From: a virus
Taxonomy: Duplodnaviria; Caudoviricetes
Strand: one strand, 5' to 3'
Virus record (IMG/VR): IMGVR_UViG_3300049167_000222
Coordinates: 1 to 46,542 of that record
Length of the DNA stretch: 46,542 nt
In this document: piece after piece, positions 9,093-19,174 of the stretch
How positions within the stretch are numbered: the first letter of the stretch is position 1
Layout of the letters: each line of letters starts with the position of its first letter
Notes under the pieces: generated by a model
What the model was told of the DNA's origin: nothing
Database searches by the model: none
What the model saw: the letters and a program-made list of their open reading frames with translations, nothing else
Translations under genes and position numbers: made by a program

Positions 9093-10213
9093 CAGAACCA
9101 CCTTCCGATTGCCATAAGCTTACATGCATTGACCTGGTCGCCACTGACGAAGCTCGACCCCGCAGGCTGAATTCCGCACGCAATTGACGCAGTGCCTGCA
9201 ACGTTTTGCCATACCGCGCCGCATTCGGCCTTTGTGACGCCGACGAAATTTGAGCCGGCGTTCGGCAACGAAATTTGGATCACGGGCACCGCAGCGAAGG
9301 CCGCCGGGAATGTCCAGGAGTATTGCAAGTTCGTACTATTGAGGTAGGCAAGGCTTGCCGACGCCAATGTGCAGATTTGTGTGCCATCAGCGAGCCGCAC
9401 ATATTCGCCGTTGGCGTTGCTGTCGCGCTCGATCAACGAGCCTGTCGGGATGCCTGAAGATTGAGACACCGAGCCAAGGATATTGACGCCAAATAGCTGC
9501 CATGGCCCCCAAACTCCGGTGCTGCATAACCGATAATACAAGCGAGGAAGGGTGGCCCATTGAACGCAAATTTGGGTCATGAAGTTGACGTTGTAGGTTT
9601 GGTGGATAACGAACCACCTGGCTCCAGGCCCGGGCGAATTCAGTACAACCGTGCTTCCAACGTAAAATCCCGTTTCGGTGACGGTATCGAAGTCATCGGG
9701 AAAAAAGCCGGCTGTGCGAAGACGATTGGGAAGCTGAGCGCTGGGTATCTCGCCGAGCGTTCCATACATCGCCGGTCCGTTGGCGTCGTCGAGGATGGAC
9801 CGAGCGAACGCTGTCAACGTCGCCCAAGCCATCGAGTTCGGGCCTGTGGCATAAGGAACCTTGTCCGCCACCATCGTACCGGCCAGCGCGGCAATTGCCG
9901 CGAGCGATGCATTGTCGAGGCGGGCGATGTAGGTTGCCAGCTTCTGCGCATTGTCGGTGATCTGCCGCAGATAGGCAGTGTCACGAATGATCCAGTAGGG
10001 TTGCGCGGCCGCCGTCGCACCGCGCCAAGGCTTGGCAAGGGTGATCTGCGTATTGCTGTCAACCGACAGGATCGGGATGGGGTTACCATCGGCGCGATCG
10101 AGACCGAGTTCGCCGCCGACAATGCCGCCGGTTACCCATGCGGTTCCGACGCCGGTCACCACGGCGCTGCCGGCGGTCACGGAAACCGTGCCGGTCGTAT
10201 AGGGAATTGTCAT
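9092..10213 (-). CDS. Tail fibre protein (knob-like domain + C-terminal fibre domain)
   Basis: YTTGTVSVTAGS N-terminus; DFDTVTETGFY..WGPW knob; NANGEYVRLADGTQIC..AIGRWF C-terminus. Confidence 0.85.
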   Translation of the reverse strand: MTIPYTTGTVSVTAGSAVVTGVGTAWVTGGIVGGELGLDRADGNPIPILSVDSNTQITLAKPWRGATAAAQPYWIIRDTAYLRQITDNAQKLATYIARLDNASLAAIAALAGTMVADKVPYATGPNSMAWATLTAFARSILDDANGPAMYGTLGEIPSAQLPNRLRTAGFFPDDFDTVTETGFYVGSTVVLNSPGPGARWFVIHQTYNVNFMTQICVQWATLPRLYYRLCSTGVWGPWQLFGVNILGSVSQSSGIPTGSLIERDSNANGEYVRLADGTQICTLASASLAYLNSTNLQYSWTFPAAFAAVPVIQISLPNAGSNFVGVTKAECGAVWQNVAGTASIACGIQPAGSSFVSGDQVNACKLMAIGRWF

Positions 10214-10225
10214 GAAGGGAGCCTC

Positions 10226-11722
10226 TTAAGGGGTAGGAATGCCGAGAATGAAATATCGAATTTCGCTGATCGGGTCGGCGGGATAGTCGAACCCCCAGCT
10301 TGTCCCGCCCGTCGAGTATTCGATGGCCGGATTTCCGTTGAACGTCCAGAACGTCGCCTGGTTGGCCGTCAGGACGCAATAAGACGAGTTGCCTTGATGA
10401 TATCGCGTCGAGTTGTTGTAGTTCTCGGTGATGAAGGTCAGCGCGGGCTTGATCGTCCACCCGTCGCGTGAATGGAAGTTGCGCGTCCAATACTTCACGA
10501 ACGGGAACATGCCGGCGCTGTCGAAATTGACCGTGAACGATTGACCTGTGTTGACGCTCCCGGGAGGAACCCGGTTCGGTTGCCCGGCGATCGGCTGGCT
10601 TCCTTCGGCAAGGATCTGCAACGACGGCCAACGGCTATCGAGCACGATATCTGCAAAATTCGGAGGGTCGGCCGCCCCTGGCTTCATGAACTGAACGACG
10701 TTTTGCCCCCCTTCGACGAACTGGCGCAGCACCTTGTTGGCGCCCGTCGTCGGCGGGCTGCTGTCGAAGGCCATCACGATGAACCGGACCCGGCAGGCCG
10801 CGGCGGTATTGTTGAAGAATATGCTCGTTCCGGAGAACCAGTATTCCGTCACCAACTGCTCATTGTACTGGCTCATCGGGAAAGTGATGACCGATCCCGT
10901 GTAAAGGATCATGTCACAGACTGTGTTTTCCGTGACCGGGAACCCAAGATTATATGAGGAAACGCCAAGCGGCAGCGCAATGTCATCGCCCTTGATGATC
11001 TTCACCGGCCGCCGCGAGCTGTCGAAAGCCATCTGAAACGGTGTGGCTGTCCGAGTATCGAAGCCCGGTTTGGCGACCCTGCAGAAGTCGTCGGTGATTT
11101 CGACGACGCGCTGTCCCGGGACAGGCACTTGCGGCGTGCTGTCATGGATGGGCACGTTGTTGCCCGGCAGGCTCCAGAGGATCACGTAAGGATCATTGGC
11201 AGCGCCGACAGTCGGGACGAACGCAGCACCGATGCCGCCGAAGAAATTGTAATAGGTCGTGCCGAACGTGCCGTAGCCGGGCAGGTTTTCGTACCACAGC
11301 CCCCATATCCTCGTCCGATAGAACGCCGCCTCGCGGCCGGCGGCATCTTCGCCACTCTGGAACCGAGTGCGGGTCTGTTCGATAAACCGCCCATCCGCAC
11401 GCCTTTTGACCTTCACGTCATACGCCGGGAACGTGTAGTCAGCCCCGAAATAGGAGGCCCGGAAAACCTGATAATAGGTCCCGAAGTCCGTATAGCTCGC
11501 CCACTGGTAATTCCCCTGATTGGACCCGGCTGGCATATAGGCCGTCCCGGTTGCCTGTGGCAGGGTGATGACCTTCTGGATTTTGATATCCTTCGACCAC
11601 TTCGAATTGAAGTAGAACGAGCCGACATTCGCGTCCGGCTCGCTGGACGGATCGATTGTTCCCTTGGTGATCTTGATGCAAGGAACACCGACGCTGTCGA
11701 CACCGATGAACGTTTGCGTCAT
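10226..11722 (-). CDS. Tail / receptor-binding structural protein
   Basis: 498 aa, beta-rich, between tail-tip and fibre genes; ATGA coupling. Confidence 0.7.
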   Translation of the reverse strand: MTQTFIGVDSVGVPCIKITKGTIDPSSEPDANVGSFYFNSKWSKDIKIQKVITLPQATGTAYMPAGSNQGNYQWASYTDFGTYYQVFRASYFGADYTFPAYDVKVKRRADGRFIEQTRTRFQSGEDAAGREAAFYRTRIWGLWYENLPGYGTFGTTYYNFFGGIGAAFVPTVGAANDPYVILWSLPGNNVPIHDSTPQVPVPGQRVVEITDDFCRVAKPGFDTRTATPFQMAFDSSRRPVKIIKGDDIALPLGVSSYNLGFPVTENTVCDMILYTGSVITFPMSQYNEQLVTEYWFSGTSIFFNNTAAACRVRFIVMAFDSSPPTTGANKVLRQFVEGGQNVVQFMKPGAADPPNFADIVLDSRWPSLQILAEGSQPIAGQPNRVPPGSVNTGQSFTVNFDSAGMFPFVKYWTRNFHSRDGWTIKPALTFITENYNNSTRYHQGNSSYCVLTANQATFWTFNGNPAIEYSTGGTSWGFDYPADPISEIRYFILGIPTP

Positions 11723-14235
11723 GAGGACACCGTGATTCCGTTGGTGTTGATCAGTGTTTTGCCAAGCTCGATCTCGCCGGAGATGATTTTGACGATATGG
11801 GCGAGCGCCAGTTTCAGAACGCCATCTTCGAAGACGAACGGATAGTTCGCATCGCCTGCACCACTGGTAATGACGAACTGATCGGCGACCGCTGCCATGC
11901 GGGTCTTGAGCACACCATCGTCATTGATGACGTCGAGCACCAGGGCCGCGAGCGCAGCCGTGTCGCCGAGCGCCGCACGGGCGGCAAGTTCAATCTTCGC
12001 CAGCGTCGAGCCTGTCGTGGTGGCTGTGATCGCCAGATACCCATCCGCCGATACGTCGTCGACCTTCGCCTGTACCTGCGTCACCGACGACGCGAGCGCA
12101 CTATCCGCCGTGGCACGTGCGGTCTGCTCGATAAGGATCGCCGCCGTCGTGTCCGCCACCTGTGCCGTGATCGCGGTAATCATCTGGGACAGCGCCTCGT
12201 CTGAAGTGACACGCACCCGCCGCTCTTCGATGATTTGCGCGATCGCGTCGCCGAGCTGCGCCTGCATCTGATCGCGGCGCACCTGACCAACAGCACCTTC
12301 GAGGCTGAAAGTCTCCAGAAGGTCGGCGATCCGCTCGCCGAGATCCTGATCGAGCGTCGCCTGCAGTTCGGCAAGACGATCGCGGACGTCTTGGCCGACA
12401 TGCGCCAGGTCGTTCAGCACCGACATCAGCCCGGTGGGCTCGTCCGTGGTCACCCAGGGCGTGAAGGTCTTGAACCGGTCCGGCACGGTGGTGATCGTTG
12501 CCTGTGCCACATAGACCTTGCCGGAGACGACATTTTTGGTGGTCGCGTATTCACCGGCTTCCGGATCTATAGCCTGATCCTGAAACACATCCGTGGTGCC
12601 GTCCACCTTGTAGAAGAACCGCACCGCCGTGATCGTCGGATCTTCGGGCGGGTCCCAGGTGAAGCGGAGGACCGGCACGTCGTATCCGGACACACCCGTC
12701 ATATACCCGGCTTCGACATCGAAATTCTGCACCGTCGACAGCAGCGACGGATTGACCGGTGGCGTCGGCGGAATGACCACCGGGCCGGGCTCGATATCGC
12801 CGTCGTCATAGATATCGGCGCCGGCTTCGGACAGCTTCAGCGCGATCCGGAACTGCTCGTCGAGCGCCCATTCCGAAATCATCCAGGTCTTGCCGCGCCA
12901 GATGACCCATTCGCCTTCCTGCACCCGCAGACCCACGCGCCGGCTGACCGGCAGGGTGACCGTCCCGCCGCGGCGGTTCTGGCGATAGCGGATGTTCAAG
13001 AGGTATTGCGCGATATCCGGATCGCTCACCTGCAGGAAGTCGTTCGAGGTCTGGCGATTGCGGCCGTCGGCCGCCACGTCGGCATTCACATGCACGGGCG
13101 TCAGGCTTTCGGGGTTCCACATCGCCTCGATCGACAGGAACTGGCCGGAAATATGGTTGTAGCGTTCGAAGGCGGATTTGCGGAACTGGATATCCTTGGC
13201 GCGGTCGATCGGGATGTCGTCGGCCGTGATTTCCAGAACGGGGATCTGCGGGGCGCCGGCAATGATACCGGAGAGGCCGCGACGGTTGAGGCCATAACCG
13301 GCCATCGCGTCGTCAAATTCCTTCAGGATCTCGGTATGATCATCCTCGCCCGTTACCCAGAGCGAGCACTGATAGGTCGGTTTGCCGGCGCGGACGGTGT
13401 CGCAGACGTTCATCGCCACGAAATAGGTGGCAAGGTCGATCTGGCCGAGGCTCTTGCCTTCGCCGATCAGGGTGCGGCCTGAAATCATTGCCCGCAAGCC
13501 GAGTTGATAGTTCAGCCGATGAACAGCCGGGTTTCGGGTATGGACCCAGGTGGATGGATCGTCGAGGCGCTGCGGGCCGGCGCCACCGGCGACGGTCGAA
13601 TCCTTGCGCGGATCGTATTCGCGAAGGCCGCGCAACACGAATTCGAATTCCGGCTTTCCCTGAGGGAAGAAATCGGCCTCATAGGTCCGATAGACCACGA
13701 CATAGGCAATGCCCGCATTGACGCTGGTTTCCTTCCACGTCTGCCCCAGCGCCGCGGTGTTGGCGACCAGATTGGTGTCAACGCCCTGTCCCGGCCGGCC
13801 GTCGAAGAACAACATCAGGATCGTGCCACCGAAACCCTCGACATTATAAGCGGCGACATGATTGCCGGCGAAGGCAGTGGCGACGAGGTTATGCTTCTTG
13901 CCGTAGAAATAGACATACGGCTCCAGCCCGTCGCACCAGCCGTTGGCGAGCAGGAAGACTTCGGCATTGACCTTGTTGCCGCTGCCATACTTTGCGTAGA
14001 ATGAGCGCTGACCCTTGGTCTTGCCGGTCCCGAACAAGGTGCCGACGGGGACGTCGCCGCCATATTGAGTCTCGCCCTGGACGGCGGTGTATTTCCGCTT
14101 CTTCGGCCGGTTGAGATACTGGAAGCCGAGATTGGCGGCGAATGCCAAAGCACTGCCGATGACGGTCGCGGCAAGCGCCGAGCCGGCAAAGAGCGCGCCC
14201 GCTATGAGCGAGCCGATCGCAGTGAAGATCGCCAT
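11719..14235 (-). CDS. Tail tip / host-specificity protein (lambda J-like)
   Basis: YDPRKDSTVAGGAGPQR..NPA motif, FN3-like region, coiled-coil EQTARATADSALAS, ADQF C-terminus. Confidence 0.88.
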   Translation of the reverse strand: MAIFTAIGSLIAGALFAGSALAATVIGSALAFAANLGFQYLNRPKKRKYTAVQGETQYGGDVPVGTLFGTGKTKGQRSFYAKYGSGNKVNAEVFLLANGWCDGLEPYVYFYGKKHNLVATAFAGNHVAAYNVEGFGGTILMLFFDGRPGQGVDTNLVANTAALGQTWKETSVNAGIAYVVVYRTYEADFFPQGKPEFEFVLRGLREYDPRKDSTVAGGAGPQRLDDPSTWVHTRNPAVHRLNYQLGLRAMISGRTLIGEGKSLGQIDLATYFVAMNVCDTVRAGKPTYQCSLWVTGEDDHTEILKEFDDAMAGYGLNRRGLSGIIAGAPQIPVLEITADDIPIDRAKDIQFRKSAFERYNHISGQFLSIEAMWNPESLTPVHVNADVAADGRNRQTSNDFLQVSDPDIAQYLLNIRYRQNRRGGTVTLPVSRRVGLRVQEGEWVIWRGKTWMISEWALDEQFRIALKLSEAGADIYDDGDIEPGPVVIPPTPPVNPSLLSTVQNFDVEAGYMTGVSGYDVPVLRFTWDPPEDPTITAVRFFYKVDGTTDVFQDQAIDPEAGEYATTKNVVSGKVYVAQATITTVPDRFKTFTPWVTTDEPTGLMSVLNDLAHVGQDVRDRLAELQATLDQDLGERIADLLETFSLEGAVGQVRRDQMQAQLGDAIAQIIEERRVRVTSDEALSQMITAITAQVADTTAAILIEQTARATADSALASSVTQVQAKVDDVSADGYLAITATTTGSTLAKIELAARAALGDTAALAALVLDVINDDGVLKTRMAAVADQFVITSGAGDANYPFVFEDGVLKLALAHIVKIISGEIELGKTLINTNGITVSS

Positions 14236-14241
14236 CTGAAA

Positions 14242-14655
14242 CTACCCGATATGGAATGCTGCGACGACGTCGGCGAGGCCGTGATCGGCCAGGCCTTTGG
14301 CGGTCTTGGTGACGAAACGCGTGCCGAGGCAGACGCCAACATGTTCGGCGCCATCGGCAAGCCGCAGGATAACCAGATCTCCGAAGCGGGCTTCCGCAGC
14401 GCCAGCCGGCGGGCGGGCGAGCTCGACGGTCCAGAAGTCGATCAGGCTCCTGAAGCCGCGTTTGCGCAGGGCGCGCTGCGCCCCGGCAAGCGTTCTGTAG
14501 GTGCCGCGATATTTCTCAGTGAGCGACATGCCCTCCAGGGCGTCGACCAAGGCGCAGCCCATCATGAAGCAGTCGGAGCGCTCCGGCATGCCGTAGTCAT
14601 ACGGCTTCGCCAGCTCGCCCGAGAGCGTGCTTTCCACAATTCGAAAACGGTTCAT
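14242..14655 (-). CDS. NlpC/P60-like tail protein (DUF6950-like)
   Basis: YG..DC..GDLV..HVGVC pattern; precedes tail-tip gene. Confidence 0.75.
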   Translation of the reverse strand: MNRFRIVESTLSGELAKPYDYGMPERSDCFMMGCALVDALEGMSLTEKYRGTYRTLAGAQRALRKRGFRSLIDFWTVELARPPAGAAEARFGDLVILRLADGAEHVGVCLGTRFVTKTAKGLADHGLADVVAAFHIG

Positions 14656-14725
14656 TTGGTCCCTGCATATTCCTGGATCGACTCCAGAAACGTTGTGTGC
14701 TCCATAGACGGAACAGGAGGCTTGA

Positions 14726-15211
14726 ATGGAACTTCTACAACGCGATCTACAACGGCAGATGCTATTTACACTGTCGGAAATCTACCCGGATATCGCTGAT
14801 TTGCAGCGTGCCTTTGGCGAATATGATGGGCGGCAGGTCAGCTACAACTTGGCGTACCTTGAGGAGCATGGGCTTGTCGCGATAAATTGGGTTTCGTCAA
14901 TTTCAGATCCCAACGTGGCATCGAGCGGCCGGATAACGGCCGCGGGGATTGACTTCATTTCTGATGATGGCGGGCTGTCCGCAATATTTAATGTGGTTGT
15001 TGTCAAGCTACATGAAGACACCTTAAAGCGCCTTCTGATCGAGAAGATAAACCAGTCCCAGACGGAAGAAGGGGTTAAACAAAGCCTGATCAAAAAGCTG
15101 AAGGAGTTGCCAGCGGAAGCGATGCAACAATTAACCTTACAGGCCTTTGAAACCGGTATCCAGAATCTGCCGAATATAGCTCTTTGGCTTCAAAAATCGC
15201 TTGGCCTTTGA
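14726..15211 (+). CDS. Moron: hypothetical protein with winged-helix-like N-terminus
   Basis: GGAGG RBS; NLAYLEEHGLV..ITAAGIDF; AT-richer; opposite strand within tail operon. Confidence 0.8.
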   Translation: MELLQRDLQRQMLFTLSEIYPDIADLQRAFGEYDGRQVSYNLAYLEEHGLVAINWVSSISDPNVASSGRITAAGIDFISDDGGLSAIFNVVVVKLHEDTLKRLLIEKINQSQTEEGVKQSLIKKLKELPAEAMQQLTLQAFETGIQNLPNIALWLQKSLGL

Positions 15212-15434
15212 TGACAGCCACATACTCGAAACGTGCGTAACCTGCGGTCCCGAATTGCTCATCCGTCCCCCGATTGCCGAACTTTGCAACAAAGGGCGCA
15301 CGACTAAGAAGTTGGCTATCCTTTGGTAGCCTCGAGATGTCACCAGATATCCGCAAAATAGGCAGACCAGACCGGTCGCCAACCTCACTCCATATATCGT
15401 GGCAGATTACAATGGGGGAATTCGGGTCCATCAT
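15090..15434 (-). CDS. Hypothetical protein (uncertain)
   Basis: ATGA overlap with upstream tail gene, but 3' end overlaps the convergent moron by 122 nt. Confidence 0.4.
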   Translation of the reverse strand: MMDPNSPIVICHDIWSEVGDRSGLPILRISGDISRLPKDSQLLSRAPFVAKFGNRGTDEQFGTAGYARFEYVAVIKGQAIFEAKELYSADSGYRFQRPVRLIVASLPLATPSAF

Positions 15435-16018
15435 CCGCTCCTCTGTCCCCATTCCTCGGGGATCGTGGCATTGGTGGCGACGTATTCGAGACCGGTATCG
15501 GTCGCGAGATTGTCGAACTGTTGTTCCTTCATCGAACGCTTCACGCCGGTCGAACCGCGCGCCGATCGGCCGGGCGGTTGCAGATCGATCGACAGGGTGA
15601 GCGTTCGCTCGGAACCGGAGACGGCACCCTCATTGTACCGCACCTGGTCGATCTCGTAGATCGTCGATGCCAGGATCCCGAGAACCTCGTTGGTGTCCGG
15701 CTTGCCCGCCAGATGGGCGATGATAACGGGCGAGTTCTGATAGTTGTAAGTTTCGATCTGAGCGACCGCGTCATCCGGATTGGCAACCGGGATGTTCGAG
15801 AAGACGATCGTGCGCGTCGTCACCGCAGTGCCCAACGCGCTCACCATGCTGCCCGTCTGCAGGAAGCGGTTCGGCAGATAGAGCAAGCCGTTATAGGTGT
15901 AGGACCGACCGCCGCGATGATAACCGACAGACTTGCCGGGAAGATCGAGGCGGATTAGGTCGAGAACGGCAAACCGGCCTTCATCGATCGCAGCCTCGAC
16001 TGCGGGATCAAGCGACAT
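15431..16018 (-). CDS. Tail hub/baseplate protein (DUF2163-like)
   Basis: Position after distal tail gene; RS..EQQ..DTGLEYVA..WG C-terminus. Confidence 0.75.
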   Translation of the reverse strand: MSLDPAVEAAIDEGRFAVLDLIRLDLPGKSVGYHRGGRSYTYNGLLYLPNRFLQTGSMVSALGTAVTTRTIVFSNIPVANPDDAVAQIETYNYQNSPVIIAHLAGKPDTNEVLGILASTIYEIDQVRYNEGAVSGSERTLTLSIDLQPPGRSARGSTGVKRSMKEQQFDNLATDTGLEYVATNATIPEEWGQRSG

Positions 16019-16670
16019 CGGGGAATACCTCCGTGGCTGAGAAGCTGGCATTGTAGTTCGGCCAGGTCCTGACCGCGCTCAACGATCCCTTGTCGATCGT
16101 CATCAGGCAGGTCGGCTTTTCGAACCGGACCGCGCACGGCACAGTGAATGCTTGCGTGTCGAGAAAGAAGCGGATGGACAGGGTCACCACGCCGGCACCA
16201 TTCGCCACGGCACCGCTGCGGATTCTGTGCAGCGAGCGAACGTATTCCGATTTCCGCACCTCGACATAATCGCCGGGCGAAAGCACAAAGCCGGCTGGCA
16301 GGCCGCTGACGACGATGGTCAGAGGATCGGTGATCGACTGCAGCACCGCGTCGCCGTCGAACGCGCCGCCTCCCGCCTTGACGCCCGAAAGCGGCTGGCT
16401 GCCCTGATAGGCGATCGGTCGTGGCCGGTGCGGATCATGGGCGGCGATCAAACAGCCGTCCTCGGCATCCATCTCGAAAGCGTCGAACAAAGCCGCTTCG
16501 CCAGTCGTCAGCTTTTCGGCCGTCAGCTGCAGGGTCCAGTAGGGCGCTCCGAAAACACGGCTTTCGGTGCGCCGGCCTTCCATCTGGTTGACGTCGCCCG
16601 GGCGCACCGGCCGCATGTTGGCCTGTGAATAGATCACATCCGGAAGGGAGACGATTGTTGCTGGCATCAA
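16008..16670 (-). CDS. Distal tail protein candidate
   Basis: Immediately after tape measure; GLPAGFVLSPGDYV motif. Confidence 0.7.
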   Translation of the reverse strand: MMPATIVSLPDVIYSQANMRPVRPGDVNQMEGRRTESRVFGAPYWTLQLTAEKLTTGEAALFDAFEMDAEDGCLIAAHDPHRPRPIAYQGSQPLSGVKAGGGAFDGDAVLQSITDPLTIVVSGLPAGFVLSPGDYVEVRKSEYVRSLHRIRSGAVANGAGVVTLSIRFFLDTQAFTVPCAVRFEKPTCLMTIDKGSLSAVRTWPNYNASFSATEVFPDVA

Positions 16671-18526
16671 TCCCCGCCGTTCTGGCGATAGTTCGCCTGG
16701 GCCTCATTGTTGCTGCGGATAAGCTGGACGCTCTGGTCCTGGCTTTGTTGCAGGATCGTGCCGACAAGCCCCTCGCCGAGGCGGATCTCGACAACGGATC
16801 GGCTCTCTCTCGGGTCCGAGGCCAGCCCCTGCATCTTGCTCGGCGCATAGACCCGCCCGTGCTGCGACGGCGCGAAGAACTCGTCTTCATATTCGTTGAC
16901 GCGATAGATGCGGCCGGGCGAAACATCTCCGCCGCCAGCCCGCGCGCCGCCGTAACCGAGCACCGCGCCAAGCGTTGTATTGGGAACGAAGGACGATTGC
17001 TTGCTGCCGCCGAACAGATCGAAACCGCCACCGCCGGCGATGGCACTGAAGATCGAGCCGAACAGACCCTTGCCCTGTGTCGTGGCGTTCAGCATCTCCT
17101 GGAGGAGCGCCGCAATCGCGTCACGGGCGTCGAACGTGCCATCGATGATACGCGACAGCTGATCGTCCAACGTCTGCCCCAGCCGTTCGGCAACCTCCTG
17201 CGCACGCTCGCGGGCATCCGTGACCGCATCTTCCGCCTTCTGTTCCCGGTCCTTCAGATCGATGAGTTTCAGGATTTCCTGACCTTCATCCGACGCGGCG
17301 GAAACGCCCGCCTGGCGCAATGCGACAAGCTTTTCGCGCTCGACCTCGCTCTTACCGATCAGCTCGAGCTCTTCGCGGAGGCTGGTGACGACGTCGCCGT
17401 AGGCCGACTTTTCTTCCTTGGCCGCCTTCGCAGAGGAGGAACGTGACGACGATGAGGCGGTGGGCGCATCGAAGGCGCCCTTGATACGCTCGTCGATCAG
17501 TTTCTGCCGCAGGATATCCGTGGCCGAGGGGAGACGATCTCCTTTGGGTGCAGCGCCCGCCGCGGGCGTTGCGAGCAAACCGTCCCGCCGATTGAGTTCG
17601 CCTCTCAGCCGATCGACCTCGGCTTGAGCACGGGCGATCTGCTTATCCGCGACGCCATCGAATATGCCGCCGTTACGGCCTTTTGCTTCCTGTGATTGAC
17701 GCAGACTGGTCTCCGCCAGCCTCAACTGATCCTTGAGGTGCGATGTTTGCCGCTGATCAATTCGATCGAATAGACCCATGAACTGCGATAGGGCATCGGC
17801 CGCTTCAATAATCGCCGATTTCAGCTTGGCGCCGACGGCGGTGGCCAGCAGATTGAACTTCCGGTCGATCTCAGAGGCCTTCTGGATCAGTTCTTCATCC
17901 ATGACCACGCCGAGGTCGCGGCCTGCCTTGATCGTGTCACGGATCCCTTTCTCTCCAAGCCGGATAAGCTGGACGAACTGCTCACCGCCCGTGCCGCCGA
18001 ACAATTCGTCGAAAATGCGGATCTGCGCCGCGCGATCCAAACTCTGGACCCGGCCGATAATCTCGGCGAGCAGGTTTGAAGGGTCCCTCAGTTTCTCCTT
18101 CAACTCCGCCGCCCCATAGCCGAGACGCTTGAAGGACTCCGCCGCCGATCCTCCACCCGTAACGATAAACTCGTCGGCTCGCAGGTTCAGTTCCTTGATG
18201 CCGTCGACCAGTGCGTCAACACCGACCCGGTTTTGCTCGGCAACGAACTTCAGCTCCTGAAAGGATTCCACACCGAGACCGGCCTTTCGCGCTTCGTCGC
18301 CGACCTCTGCGATTGCGCGGGCCGTGTCACGCACAGCCGAGACGGCGCCTCCGGCACTCAAGCCGGCCAGCAGGCCGATCGGTCCGGCGACAGCCGACTT
18401 CAGCCGCCCGAAGGAACCGGCGATATCGGCCACTGTGGTTTTGGAGGCGGTGCGCAGGCGTGTCAGGGCGGACTCGAAACCGCGCGGGTCGCCGCTGATG
18501 GTGACCGGGATATCGGGACGGCTCAT
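16667..18526 (-). CDS. Tail tape measure protein
   Basis: 619 aa, Ala/Glu-rich helical; RAGGGDVSPGRIYRVNE C-terminal motif; follows chaperones. Confidence 0.9.
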   Translation of the reverse strand: MSRPDIPVTISGDPRGFESALTRLRTASKTTVADIAGSFGRLKSAVAGPIGLLAGLSAGGAVSAVRDTARAIAEVGDEARKAGLGVESFQELKFVAEQNRVGVDALVDGIKELNLRADEFIVTGGGSAAESFKRLGYGAAELKEKLRDPSNLLAEIIGRVQSLDRAAQIRIFDELFGGTGGEQFVQLIRLGEKGIRDTIKAGRDLGVVMDEELIQKASEIDRKFNLLATAVGAKLKSAIIEAADALSQFMGLFDRIDQRQTSHLKDQLRLAETSLRQSQEAKGRNGGIFDGVADKQIARAQAEVDRLRGELNRRDGLLATPAAGAAPKGDRLPSATDILRQKLIDERIKGAFDAPTASSSSRSSSAKAAKEEKSAYGDVVTSLREELELIGKSEVEREKLVALRQAGVSAASDEGQEILKLIDLKDREQKAEDAVTDARERAQEVAERLGQTLDDQLSRIIDGTFDARDAIAALLQEMLNATTQGKGLFGSIFSAIAGGGGFDLFGGSKQSSFVPNTTLGAVLGYGGARAGGGDVSPGRIYRVNEYEDEFFAPSQHGRVYAPSKMQGLASDPRESRSVVEIRLGEGLVGTILQQSQDQSVQLIRSNNEAQANYRQNGGD

Positions 18527-18753
18527 ATTTTCGGTTTACCCCATTCTGTCGCCCGGGGATCTTCCTTGAGCGATCGTTTCTTTCCATGTGCTGCAGCCAG
18601 CCGCCGGAGCTCTTCCCGGCTGATGAATGACTGCGACTGGAATTTTCCGTGAAGCCCCTCCAGGGCCATTTCGATTTCAGCGGCGGTCGCTGCCCAGAAG
18701 ACGGCCGGCGTCCAGCCAAGCCGGTCCGGCGCGGTCGCAATCCGGAACAGCAT
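18523..18753 (-). CDS. Tail assembly chaperone T segment (probably made as G-T by -1 frameshift)
   Basis: LGWTPAVFWAAT motif; -1 frame open from the A6 run at 18782-18787. Confidence 0.8.
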   Translation of the reverse strand: MLFRIATAPDRLGWTPAVFWAATAAEIEMALEGLHGKFQSQSFISREELRRLAAAHGKKRSLKEDPRATEWGKPKI

Positions 18754-18770
18754 CCTGACGTGGTCGGAAA

Positions 18771-19172
18771 TCAGGAGGGGCTTTTTTGCTCCCCCAGGAC
18801 GGCGGTCTCCGCGATCTCGTGGGCTGAGCGCGCATCCCGATGAAACCGGCCGGTTTCGATATGGGAGAGGAAGGCCTTCTCGACACCGTTCCGCCAGCTC
18901 TCCTGATCGGCGAGAGAAATATTGTCGTCGCCGAGGATCTTCGACGACAGGGCGGATGCCTTGTCGTCATCGTCCGCGACGATCAGCGAGCGGATCGCAC
19001 AGGCGACAGTGAAGGGCTCGAAGCCCAGGAGCTTTCTGTAAAGCTCGTCCAGGGTCTGCACCTTCGCGGCCTGTGATAATCGAGTGAGGCCCGAGAAGGT
19101 GACCGCGATCCGGAAGGGCACGCGGCCCATCGTGATTTCCGCTTCACCGCGGATGGGATTGGCGGTGACCAT
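18771..19172 (-). CDS. Tail assembly chaperone G (GTA gp10-like)
   Basis: ANPIRGE N-terminus; between tail tube and tape measure. Confidence 0.8.
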   Translation of the reverse strand: MVTANPIRGEAEITMGRVPFRIAVTFSGLTRLSQAAKVQTLDELYRKLLGFEPFTVACAIRSLIVADDDDKASALSSKILGDDNISLADQESWRNGVEKAFLSHIETGRFHRDARSAHEIAETAVLGEQKSPS

Positions 19173-19174
19173 GA

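Noticed and set aside
9092-14235. DGR or invertible tail-fibre switch
   Set aside because: No reverse transcriptase, invertase or TR/VR duplicate seen
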